This document shows, one piece after another, positions 12,171-24,438 of a stretch of DNA of 64,000 nt. The notes below the pieces were generated by a model. It had not been told where the DNA came from and did not search any database. It was given only the letters and a program-made list of their open reading frames with translations. Source of the stretch: Lingula anatina (taxonomy: Eukaryota > Animalia > Brachiopoda); contig CM120648.1 of NCBI GenBank assembly GCA_051362555.1, positions 9,172,587 to 9,236,586 of the forward strand, given 5' to 3'. The position numbers and the translations under genes were made by a program. How positions within the stretch are numbered: the first letter of the stretch is position 1; each line of letters begins with the position of its first letter.

Positions 12171-14082
12171 AAACTTACTTTTTTGATGCAATCGAGTGTA
12201 CACTCCCCTTAATAATGATCTATATGCCCATAATTTGCTCTAGATAAGAAAGTCATAAAAGGTCCATTCGTGACATCGTCATAAAACCCGCGGAATTTAG
12301 ACCGGGGTCTCGTCCAGAAATTGACAAAAAAAGTAGAAAGAAAAAAGTTTACGAGGTGCAAGCATTTGACATCAAACGCGTTTGGTTGGGCTTAAACTGT
12401 GTTTTATATGATCTTTCTTGGTATTGTTGGCACTGAATTGTCCATCTGAGTTTGTTTGGCAACACATTGATTGTGAGACCTAATGAAATTGGGAGTTCAA
12501 TAAGCATCAAAAGTAATTATACAATAAGTATTACTATGTGCCTTTGTACACTGTCACCGTATAGTACTAATTGTAACAAGTAGTTCTTTAAATTGCAATT
12601 TTGCACCTTGCTAACATTTCAACACCTGGATTAGCACTAGTAACGGGTTTCCACTGACACTTTGCAATAAACAACATTTTGCTACAATGTTTTTGTTTTG
12701 AATTTTGTTTTAAAAATATTTTCATGATATGCAGTGCATCATCTGTCTCACTGATCACCAAAATAATGCGAAATGACACTCTGAGGTTGCTTAAAAGCAA
12801 AATGAGGAGATGACGTGAACTGCCATCTTAATCATTTCTGGTCATTTTGGTGTTTAGTTAGGCGGGTACATCATAACTTTTGTTTTTGCAAATTGTTCTA
12901 AATATAAGTCAATATTATACAGGGAAAGGAGTTGAGAATATGTGGAATTGAAGAAAAACATATTGTCTCCAGTCTAGGATATGTGCTTTGCATTAATTAC
13001 ATGCCTTCCCCATCCCCCCCCCCCTCCCCTTACACACACACATACATAAAGATACACATACACACCATTACATGTACTAGATGTTTTCCCCCCAAATCGG
13101 AAAAGCTGTTTAAAATGTTTAAGGAATTATTAATGTTAAGTCCACTTTTTTATGAGAAAAAAAATCAGATTTCTCTTACTTCTCAAATCATTGATGGATC
13201 TAGCCCTGATTCTGGTATCATTGTTTTGTACCATTTCTAATTTTTTTTTTCTTAGTTCTTTAAAAACAAAACAGTTAGATTGGTTAAGTAGTCTTTCTGA
13301 CATTTCAAACGGAAATATTGCCAACAGGTTCTGTTTTTTAAGGGGTTTTATTGTTTTTTAACGCATTATTAAGGAAAAATAAAGAAGTATAATTTTGTGA
13401 TTATAAAACAATTAGTGTATCTGAAAGTTTGTTAATTTTTGCACATTGAAAAGATTGAATCATTACCGTAGCTTTACAGGGCATTGACATGAAAAAATGA
13501 CCTTGACATTATCAAATATGTATAATGTATCTTTAAACCCTTGAAACCTACACAAATTATTTTGATTGATTTGTAAAAAAAAAAAAAAAAGAAAAAGAAA
13601 AAAAGAAAATAGCAGTCTTAGAGTATGGACTAGATTTTGAATGGAAGGAGGTGGGCGATGGTCTTGATATCAAATGAAGAAAATGGGAAAGGGGAGGTGG
13701 AGGGGCATTTTAGAATCATTGTGCTAGATAATAAAAGTACGTTTCATGAATGTTTTAGCAAATGAAATGCCTATAATCTGTCATCTTAAAAATGCAGCTT
13801 AACTGATATGGGAGATATAATACAAATCTTTCTGTTGACATCTTTAAGATACAGGATGCTCTGACGTGAATTGGTGTGCAAGAGGTGAAGGATAAACGGA
13901 ATTAAGATGCAAGTTCCTTGATAGAATAAAGCTGATGTAACAAAATTGGGTATAAGCAGACGTTGAGCATAGGCCAGGAAGAGTAGAAAAATTCAGTTCA
14001 TGTTTCCATAGAGAAAGGGTGGACAGTTCAGATAGAGAAACACCCTTTTTACCCAAAACCATGTCTGGCCAAATCATATCTA

Positions 14083-14327
14083 GGGGACCATTCCCACAGA
14101 TATTTGGATCAATCTAACTCCCTCGGGAGTCTCACTAAATTGCTATCAAACTATCTGGCTTAAATGTCTGTCACGTCTAGTAAAGCTGTTAGGGGGTAAT
14201 TATCTTTACCCTTAGCTGATTCAGTAGGCGTGACAGACATTTAAGCCTCTTGAGCTGATAGCAATTTAGCGTGAACCCCCAGGGAGTTAGGTCGATCCAG
14301 ATGGATTGATCTAAGCATGGGAACCAC
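14083..14327. mobile_element. Foldback MITE family B
   Basis: Near-palindromic (GCTTAAATGTCTGTCACG ... CGTGACAGACATTTAAGC). Clearly related to 59155-59411. Confidence 0.8.
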
Positions 14328-14478
14328 GAACCAACAGATCCACAGATCAAATATGGGTGACCCATTGAAAGCTTTCCACTTAATACCCCTGTTGAATATA
14401 TTTATTATCTGTTAGGGGATTATGCGGCAGGCCTTTTAGTGGGTTGGCCATATGTCATAGGGATCTGTAAGTCTACGA
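14325..14478. mobile_element. Truncated foldback MITE family C abutting the family B copy
   Basis: GATCAAATATGG..CCCATTGAAAGC ... GTGGGTTGGCCATAT..GATCTG resembles the copies at 41105, 58215, 60296 and 63043. Confidence 0.7.
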
Positions 14479-14858
14479 AAAAAAATGGGAGTGATGGTCA
14501 ATGTCAGTGGTCAACGCCAGTCTTGCTTTGTCCACTTTGGATATTACACACAGGGGGTCCCTACATTGATCTGGTCAGTTTATTATCGTCCATGGTGGTA
14601 GATGGCCAGTTTAGAAAGTGAGCTGCTGTACTTTTTGGTTTTATCTCGTGTGTCGTTTTTCTTTTCTGTAGTTCAGTCTGTGACTGAAATGAATAATTAA
14701 AATCTAGCACCGTGGCAGCTTATGCAATGCCAGACAGTGGTTAAAGTTTTAATGTGCAGGCTTGCATAATCTTTTTTGCAGGCAGTCGATATGTCTTTTT
14801 TAGTATTGAATATTTATCAGTAGAGATCTCAGACTGTGTGGGTGCATGTACGCAAGAC

Positions 14859-14897
<39 letters not shown>

Positions 14898-17800
14898 GAC
14901 AGAGGGAGCGAGAGAGACAGAGGAAGAGAGAGAATGAGCAGGCCTGTATTGGGCAGTTATGAAAAGGGGGTTAACTCACTTAGCCAGGGTCTGATGGAGT
15001 AAAATTTAAACTTTACATAATATGCAGTGCAGTAGCCAGTTTAATTGCAGTTAGTACTCTGAACATTATTTGGACCAGTCAGCAATTCAATCTATCTCAG
15101 TCTAGTGAGATTTTGGCTTGATGTTGGGTTCTCACAATATGATCACTTTATAAGGTGCAAATATGATGCTTCTTAATTAAAAAAAAAAAAAAAATGACAA
15201 AACCAAGGTCTTGTTTATTACTAATATTAATGCAATAGGGAGAAAAATGTCCAGTCTTACCAAAATTTTTATTTGGCAAGTGAATGATTTGACTTGTTTT
15301 TTTTTTTTTTGTCAAGTGAATCCCAATTCAGACCAATAGATTGTATGAACCTGGTGGCAGGAGTGGCCAGCAAACCGAAAGATTTTTTTGCACAAACTAC
15401 TATCATGCCGTTAATAGTAAACCTGCTGTGTTCTTCCACACACGCACACACACGCTATCGAAAGGACAATGCAGTGTTGGTGTCTGGGTTAGCGATAGCA
15501 AATACTCGCCACTTAAGCCAAATGCTAAAACTAACTTAAATTGGCTAAACAAATTAGGGTTGATATGATTTGTTTTTAGTCAAATTTAAACCAGTAGGGG
15601 AAAAAAGAGGTGAAAAAGTAGTGATTTGGCTTAGTGAAATAATTGCTAGCGGTATTTCAGAGTGCCCCTTGTTTTGGATACAGTATTGATCTCATTGATT
15701 GTCCTTATCACAAGGCCACATCTATTGATTGGACATTTTGTCAATATTGACCATCAGGGAGTGAGTAATAGTATTTAGTATTGACCATTTGAGGTGGAGG
15801 GGGAAGGGGGGGGAGGTGAAGTACTTGATATACACTGAAACTACTTGAGCGTAAATATTGGTGGAGCCAATTATCCAAGTTTTTTTTTTTTCAGCATAAT
15901 CAATGACATTGAACAAATTATCATGTGCTTTAACTCAATTAATTTTGTTTGTTTTTATGTAGTTGATGAAAAGGGTTGACTTATGTAATGCAAACTGGAT
16001 TTTAGTTCCCCGATGAAAATTAGTAGAAAGTACTTTTTGATGAATTTGATGAACAACTTGCTGTTTTTTCATCATTATCTGTATCTTATTGAATTTTTTA
16101 TCTGGTGTAGCATGCAGAGAGGAATCAGTTGTGGCAGTTTTAATAATGAAAAATACCAGTATGATATTTAGACCATGCATTTAAGAAAAAAATATTTTTG
16201 AGGTCAAGAAAGCAAAAACGTTTAAAATACTGTTTAACAGTGTAATGATAAGGCATTGAATGTAAATCCAGTGTAGACTTGTTGATTGTAAGAAAAATCA
16301 TCCACATTTGGTCTTAAATATCAAGCAGCTGTTTGTCCACTTCTTCATTAACAGACAGGGGACATGTTAATTAATGGGTATAAACCTCAAATTTTATACT
16401 TATTTCTTTAGACTGCTAGTAATTCATCTTACATCAAAGTACAGAGAGAAATTTTGATCTGAAACTTAATGCACAGACCATTATTTATTATTATTATTAT
16501 TATTTTTTTTTTTTCAATTTTATTTTTATGAAACTGATCCCAGGCAACTTCTAACGGAGGACTTTGGTTGTATATTGAAAGCTTTTGGACCGAAAAAATG
16601 TCCTTCTTGGTCCTGTCTGAGTGGGGCTTAATTGAAGCAATAAGGTCACACATACCAGTCTAGACTGGAAGTAAGAGGTAATCAGATAGGAATGTGGAGG
16701 GAGAGAGAGATGGACAGGATTATTTCTCTAAGGTCCATTACACCACTGGAGGGGCCATGCTGATATAATTTATAATTTAACTTCTGTTTTCTTTTTACAA
16801 ATTTCTGGCAAATGGATTAAAATAAGTGCCCACGTCACCTTAGTTTTTTTTTTTCAATAAGTCAGATGTCGTATTTTACACTTTTTTTTCGGTGTTTTAT
16901 TGCATGGTTGATTAGGTTAATCCAGAAAAAGGAAACAAATGCACAGAAGGTCAAGGTCAAGGTTTTTGTTAAAATGCAATACCTAGGCTACTCAAAAATT
17001 TGTATCTCTTCTGAGATCACAACTCATCAATTTTTGAACTGGAACAAAAATTCTGCTCACATTTTTTTTCTTTGAAAGAGAGAGTTTTTTTAAAAAAATT
17101 AAATAAACCAAATAAATTCTTAAACCAAATTGGTTAATAAATCAGTAAAATAAAAATTTCGCAAGGTTCATTTGGGCTGATTAAAATAATTACAAAGCCT
17201 GTAAGTTATCAGCAAGTTCCAATTTAGGTGCGTGTGTAGTAGGTCAGGGACTTTATCAGGATTCTTACTGTTGCTTTATTTATCAGGATTCTTTCCATTT
17301 CTTGGTTACATAAGATGAGAGAATGATGAACATTGGGGCAGTCTGAAAGATATCTAGACTGAGTGATAGACAGTGACTGGTAAGCAGGGTTGGGTAGGCA
17401 AATAGAGAGACAGGCAGACAGACAAACAGACAGATAGACTAGCTATCTTGACTGAATTAGCTATCTAGAATGGAGCAAAAGTGGAAGATAGACAGCTAGA
17501 GTGATAGATACTAGCTATCTAGAATGAAATAAGAGATAGATGACAGTGACAGGTAAACAAGTGTCAGGCAGACGGATAGACAGACGGACAGACAGGCACA
17601 ATGGCTGGTTAGCTGATGTATATGGTGTGCCAGATGGACCAACTGGTTTTGCAGCAAGAAAATAAAAAAGGAAATAACTAGTGAAATTTTAAACATTAAA
17701 CCCTAAGTATAGGCCAAATAAGAGTATCAAGTTGAAACAGTCAAGATTATCAGATCAAAGTGAAGTCCACATTTAGAAAAAATTATTTTAGCTAATTAAA

Positions 17801-18291
17801 ATTATTTTTGATACATGCTAACTCTCCGTGCTGCCTGAACCTAGTCATCTTGCTGCACGGAATATGACGGTCCAAGCAGGGAAAAGGGAGACATTGACTG
17901 ATTTACATATAAGCAATAGGGGCAAAAATATCTATAGAATATTGAAATAAAAACATTGAAAACAGAGTTGTTCTCAGCAAGGTGAACACATTGAAATTGC
18001 AGTGGCTGCTGTAAATGAGGTTAGTGTAAAAAGATATCAATATACAAAATTATTATTTTGAGGCAAGTGTCTCATTTTTTAAGACATAAGTGCAAAAATA
18101 AGTGTTTTAGCTACAGAAAAAGTTAAAACTATATTAATGATTGAATCATATATTCAAATTTTTGCAGAATGGTGGCTGTGAATCATACATTTACAAGCTG
18201 TTGTATAATGGTAGCATTGAGCTTCAACATACCCAATGCTTGATTGTATTTTCCCTTTCTCCCCCTCTCTCTCTCTCACTCGCGCGTGCAT

Positions 18292-18335
<44 letters not shown>

Positions 18336-19579
18336 CCCATGTGTAGAAACACATACACACGTGCCAGCGTGCTGTGCCAGGGCCGCACTCGCCAGTGTAT
18401 CCAGAAATTTGTATCAGTTTTGGTTTCACTGGAGTTCAGAAGGTCATCTCCCCTCTAATGTGTTGATGGATAGATTGACAAGGGCTGCAGTCCCAGATAG
18501 AGTGTATATCATCAGCGGAGGGTGGGTCTATGGCTGCAGACACCCGGGGTCAAAAGGACAACGCATCTCCCAACCTTCGTTGGTGGATAATTTGTGCCGA
18601 TGGGAGATCATTCTTTATGTTGATGTGGAGGCTTTAGAGTAAAAAAGAGGAAATTTATGCTGATGGTGATTTAATGAAAATTCAGATTTGGTGGAGAAAG
18701 TGCCTTTGTACTCAGGGATGGTTGAAATGTGGTAATACGGTAATTGTGCCTGAACCTCAAGCGCTAAATACTATATTTAGCATATTGATGTTTATGGAGA
18801 TTCATCATGTTAGTGGAGTTGTAAACACTTTAGCAATAATGATAATAAGGTTTTTAGTGCACTTTTGTTACAATTATAAATATCTTCCTTAATTTATTAT
18901 AAAATCTGCGTTTTGTTAAATCCGACTAATACTAAAGAAAGGACTTAAATGCACCTTTATCAGTCATCAGTGAAGTGATGAATGGAATCCGTCTGAATTT
19001 AATGATTGTCCCAATTTAAGATTGAAACAGACAAGTATGTTCCATGGGGACATACCACCACACCACGATTCCCCACACATTATCTAGTCGTATTTAGCAG
19101 GCAGGTTTTAAGTGACATTAGTCTATATCTTTGGTCTAACGAAGTCTTCAGTGCAAACAGGCCCACTGCCAGGTTTCTAACATGAGATCTACACCTTTCG
19201 TTTAAATTGAACGTGATTCAAGCATGCTCTACTAGAATTACACACCTAGATTTTTTTTCACATGATTAGTTATTAGGTATTTAAATATATGTTGTGGTCA
19301 ATGAAGGCTCAGAAACTTGTTATATATATATATTAAAATTGTTTAACCACGAAGATATATTCTCATTGGTGTGGAAACATCTGGTCAAGCAAGGTTGTTG
19401 ACCTGAGCTGAATAATATAACTTGATTGGTACAGAGTAGGAAACACTGTCATGTACACTTTAAGTGGAAGAGATTCAGATAATTGCTATTGTTAGTGCAG
19501 TTTTGGAGTCTACTTCCATTGTGACTGGTGTTGTGATTGTCACCTGTAAGGCAGATAATAGAACAACCATCTTCACTAA

Positions 19580-20378
19580 CTTAATGCCACCATACATCCA
19601 CATCCACCTTGTGTCCTCCCACACCCACCTAAAGTCACCACACACCCACATCCACCTAAAGTCACAACACACCCATATAAAGGCACCACATATCCACACC
19701 CACATTAAGTCACCACACACCCACACCCATCTTGTGCCACCACCCACCCACATCCAATGTCACCACCCAACAACCCATCTCATGTCTCCACACCCATACA
19801 CACCTCACATCACCATACACCCAAACCCATTTTGTGTTACCACACACCCACCTCATGCCATCACTCAGTCATATCCATTCGGGTCACCATACACCCACCT
19901 CATGTTACAAAATGTCCACACCCATGTTTTGTCAGTGTTCATATCTTATGCCACACATCCATACCCACATATCACCATACACCAACCTCATGGCCAAACA
20001 CCCATCACCATATACCCATATCCATCCTATATTACCATACACCCGCCTCATGCCATCAGACACCCATATCCTTATTATATAACCACATACCCACATCCAC
20101 CTTGGGCTACCACACACCCACTTTATGCTACTACATAGCACAACACACATTTCATGCCATCCATACCCACCATACATCCAGACCCATCATATGCCATCAC
20201 ACACCCATATCCACCATATACCCACACCCACACCCATCTTATGCCACCACACGCCCACACCCATCTCATTCTAACATATACCCATACCTACCATACTCCT
20301 GCACCCACCTTATGCCAGCCCACACCCACACCCATCTTATGCCACCACACACCCATCTAAGGCCACCACAAAACCACA
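19580..20378. repeat. Degenerate CA-rich minisatellite (CACACCCATACCCACCTCATGCCAC-like units)
   Basis: About 800 bp that is G-poor on the + strand, with recurring CACACCCA/CCATAC/ATGCCAC. This explains the His/Pro/Thr-rich ORFs in several frames. Confidence 0.85.
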
Positions 20379-21618
20379 TCCCCCTTGCTTCAAGTGCATA
20401 TCTTTTATAAGGCTGATGTAGCATTCAGGTAGTGAGTATTGCGACCTACTCATGCCCAGACAGCCTGGTATTGATCCATGGGGAATGACACAAAAACACA
20501 CACAGCTCTGTCGCATTGTCTGGCTGAAATCGAATACAGTAATTATGTATATTATAAGGGCACGATAATACTCTTTTTTTTTGTCAAACTCGGACTGTTT
20601 TCATTTCTTCATTCAGTTTTTTTTTTTTTTTTTTTGATAACTTGTTGGACACCTTTGTCAGGATAACAGCGCACAGGTCATTGGCCTGTAAAGTGTATTT
20701 TAAGAATCGTGTGACGGAGGCTGTATGGTGTGGGCCCCCCCCCCCCCCTTCCTCTTCTCCTCCCTCTCCCTCAGTCTACCTCCAGTCTTGACCTTAAGGG
20801 CTACAACCTGATCAAGATGGCTGACAGGGGACCGGAAATTTGTCAGTGAGGAAATATTGAACTTTCTGGGTTTTATAATGACACTGTTATTATTACAATG
20901 CCAGATTTGAGAAAGATTCCAAATTTATGAAAATTTAAGTGTGGATGTTCTAATCCAGGAAATAAGGGATGCATTTGGAATGTGAGGCTTATCAGAATAG
21001 ATAAAAAATGTCTTCGGGGACATGATTCAGTAAAGCTGATTATATTATTGAATTACTTTTTAACACGATAATGGCATGTACATGATTTTTGTTCAAAGGA
21101 AATTGGGAATTATATGTTTTCATTTTCTTTTATAACAGTTATGTAATTTGAGACCAGGACCTAATTTAGTATAGAAATTTTAGCAGTCCTTGAAACACTT
21201 TTATGTTTAAAAACCTGAAATGGTTTTGGAAATTACCCCCAATTTCCTTTTATTTCCAGTTCACACTTTCTAATTAACTTGAAGATTATCATAAACATAT
21301 GTCATTATTGTAATAAAAAGTTGTTAGGCTACAACCTTTTGTAAAAAAAAAAAAATGAACTAGAACCATTATAAATATTGAATGATAAATGTCAAAATCA
21401 AGTTGAAATCCCAAAGTCAAAGGTTATAACTAAGTAGCAATTCAAAAACCTACATCTTTACATAGAACAATATATATCTTCATTAAACCTGTTCTGTATC
21501 ACAGGTGAAAAGAGAATTGATGAAACAACATCATGTACTGTTTAACAGTTGGAGTTGTATTGTTCGGCAACAGACATACCACTCAAAACACACCTGGGCA
21601 TCAATTTGTGTATAAGGG

Positions 21619-21780
21619 CAGGCCCGTAGCCGGGGGGGGGGGGGGTCAAAAGAACCGTCCCTTTTGCTGGGAAAAGGTCCACTCTGGGTAAAATTTGATC
21701 TAGGTGCGTGAAGTTTTTATGGAAAAAGGTCCACTTTTTTGGAAAGAAACCCCCTTTTGAAATTGCTGGCGATGGGGCTG
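21619..21780. mobile_element. MITE family A copy
   Basis: CAGGCCCGTAGCC ... GGCGATGGGGCTG. The internal GGGAAAAGGTCC..TCTAGGT..CCCCTTTTGAAATTGCTGGC is shared with 58724-58893. Confidence 0.8.
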
Positions 21781-22542
21781 ATTGACTGAAAGTTATTAAA
21801 CATTTTAATTAAAACCAACGCTAGTATTTATCTGGTTTGAGTGCAGTAAGAAGTCTGGATCTGAATGGGACCGATTGAAGTATGTGTAATCGGTCAGTTG
21901 TCCAGTCCACGTTGGTCATTTTGCTGATCATTCAACTCCTGGATTATAAGTCAGCTGGTGGATGCAAAGCAGTGGAAATAGCCCTCAAATAGGAATCGGC
22001 CTTGAAACGAAATTAAGGTGAATCCGTTGATGAATGGGGCCCTGTTGTGTTTCTTTCTATTGAAATATGCATTAGTGAATAGAGTCTGAGTGAAAAAACA
22101 AGGACATAATACCAATTCATGAGGGCTTATCTAAATGCTGGTAACAGCTTACAACAACCCTGTATATGTGCGGATGATATTATGGCTTGAGAATGAATGC
22201 CATTTTTGGATATGTGTAAGAAAGATGAATCTTCATGTGAATTATAATATTATTTTGTGTAATTGAGATGATCTGAAAATTGTAAAAAACGGAAAAGGCA
22301 ACAACTTTTCTGTCTATTTGATTATCTGTTTTGGTTGTCTGGTGCTGTGGTTTTATAAAGCTATTATGTTCATACAAGGAAAATAATGACTATAAAGCTG
22401 TTAAATTCCTATATTTTTATTGTCATTTTTTTGTAGCTTGAGCTAATACTTTACAAAAAAAAATCCTGTGGCATAAACAGCAGGGTGATAAAACATTGTT
22501 TCACATTTCTCTCTTGTTCCCCCCCCCTCCCCCCCCCCCCAC

Positions 22543-22547
<5 letters not shown>

Positions 22548-22611
<64 letters not shown>
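22548..22611. repeat. (CA)n microsatellite
   Basis: Read directly. Other (CA)/(TG) tracts occur at ~11008-11053, 18293-18333, 22996-23066 and 46140-46182; (GA)n at ~14859-14890. Confidence 0.95.
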
Positions 22612-22613
<2 letters not shown>

Positions 22614-22993
22614 ATTTTTTTCCTGTTTTAAGTTATACCTGGATTTTAAACAAGGTTTAAAAGCTCCTCATGAAGTGAACCGTATCTTGTGAAGAACTCG
22701 TCAGTGACCCAAAGGTAGTTATAAAATAGGTGGTTCAGGCGCAGCTAGGAAAGTTCTAGTGTTATCAGCAGACAGTTAAGTAAATAGCAAAACGGAAAGG
22801 TAATCTATAACAGCCCTTACAGTGGTGTCTGTCTGGCTGGTAAATTTAGAGCTGCAAGTGTCAGATGTGGTCACTATGGTCCAGTCCAGTGTAGAAATTT
22901 TAGAAGGGACAGTGGAAAGTGTTTTTAAGAAATTAGGAATGCGTAGGTGGTGATTTGCGTTCAAGGCTGGAGGTGTGTGTATGTATTCTTGTA

Positions 22994-23026
<33 letters not shown>

Positions 23027-24438
23027 CCATGTGTGAGTGTGTGTGTCCATGTGTGAGTGTGTGTGTCTATCTGTATGTTAAAGAAAGATATAGAGAAAGT
23101 TAAAAGGTACACAGCTCAGATATTGAACTTCCTTTTTTTTTTTTGTATTGATCTGTTATTGGTTCCCACAGGAAAATCTTTACACATACTTCACCATTGT
23201 TACATTTGGTAAACAGTCTTTAGAAAACCCCCGCGACATTCTCCATTTTATCCCTACTTTGTTAAACATTAAACCTGAGTGAAATTTAACTCTAAGAAAT
23301 CTTTTCTAACCTGTTCAGTTGATGCAATACCCCCCGTCTAAAGCATATAGAACACAAAAAGATATCAGCTTGTTTCTGACCTAGATAATCGGCCACAGTA
23401 ACTGGGTCAAGACTCAAGCCCACTGTGGGTTACATTTTAGCATTTTAGACAAATGACTTGATTTATTTAGTGAGTTTAGTGAGAGGGAGGGGGAGGAGGC
23501 ATTTTAAATAACTATGATGCTATCAGAGGGGATGTTTTAGATTTTATAGGCATTACATTGGGTAAAACTTACTTTGATTTTTTTTTTTAGCAGATTTTTT
23601 TTTTCTTTTTTTTTTTTTTTTGACATAAAAAACCCTTTTAGAGAGATTTAAATGATTGAGAACAATTTCCAATTTGTCTGAGAGAAGTATGGAATGTTTC
23701 ACTTTTTTGTTCTGAGTCACAAAAATAATCTTCCGGTTCAAATTTTTGAGTAACTTACCAGCAAAGATAGTTGTCTTAAAAAATTTTATCTGAAAGTTAG
23801 CCTGATAAAAGCTTATACTAGATGTCCATGCTGCTCCACCCTCTTGTATTTCATTTTTACAACAGGGCGTATCTGCTTTTTAAAAAACCATGATATCAGC
23901 GGTCACTCCATCATACCTCTATACAGAATCACATGGCAAAATCTACACACCATTAATGTATTGTAATGACTCCAAATGTCCTGTCGAACAAGAAAAAGAT
24001 GGGGGAGGGTTTCGGTATTTAAGATGTGATAGAGATGGTCAGACGTACTTAAAAAAAGATTATGTGTAATTTGTATTTCATGATAATCGGTCAAACTGTC
24101 CGTATGATGGGAAGTTGAGTGTGGTGCCACATTTTTTTTTTTTTTTTTGGTCTTCTGTTAAGTGGTAGGTTTAAGTGGTGACCGTTCCGTAGGATGACCA
24201 CCGAGGGGTCAGTTGAGATGGTGTGATGGCCAGTCTGTATTTCACTCAGGTCATTTTAAAAGGAAAAAAAAAAATGAAGTAAAGAAAAACTTGTATTTTT
24301 CTCCTAAACCCACATTTTGCCACCACAACCACAAAGACAAAAAATAAGCGTTTTTGTTCACAGTAAGTCATATTTCAATTTTTAATGATTTTGGAATCTT
24401 TTCTTCCAGATCTATTTTGACGAGGGATTGAGTCCGCC

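Noticed and set aside
19464-20410. Long His/Pro/Thr-rich ORFs (224 and 217 aa)
   Set aside because: Open in several frames because the CA-rich repeat rarely forms stop codons; no domain or splice support.
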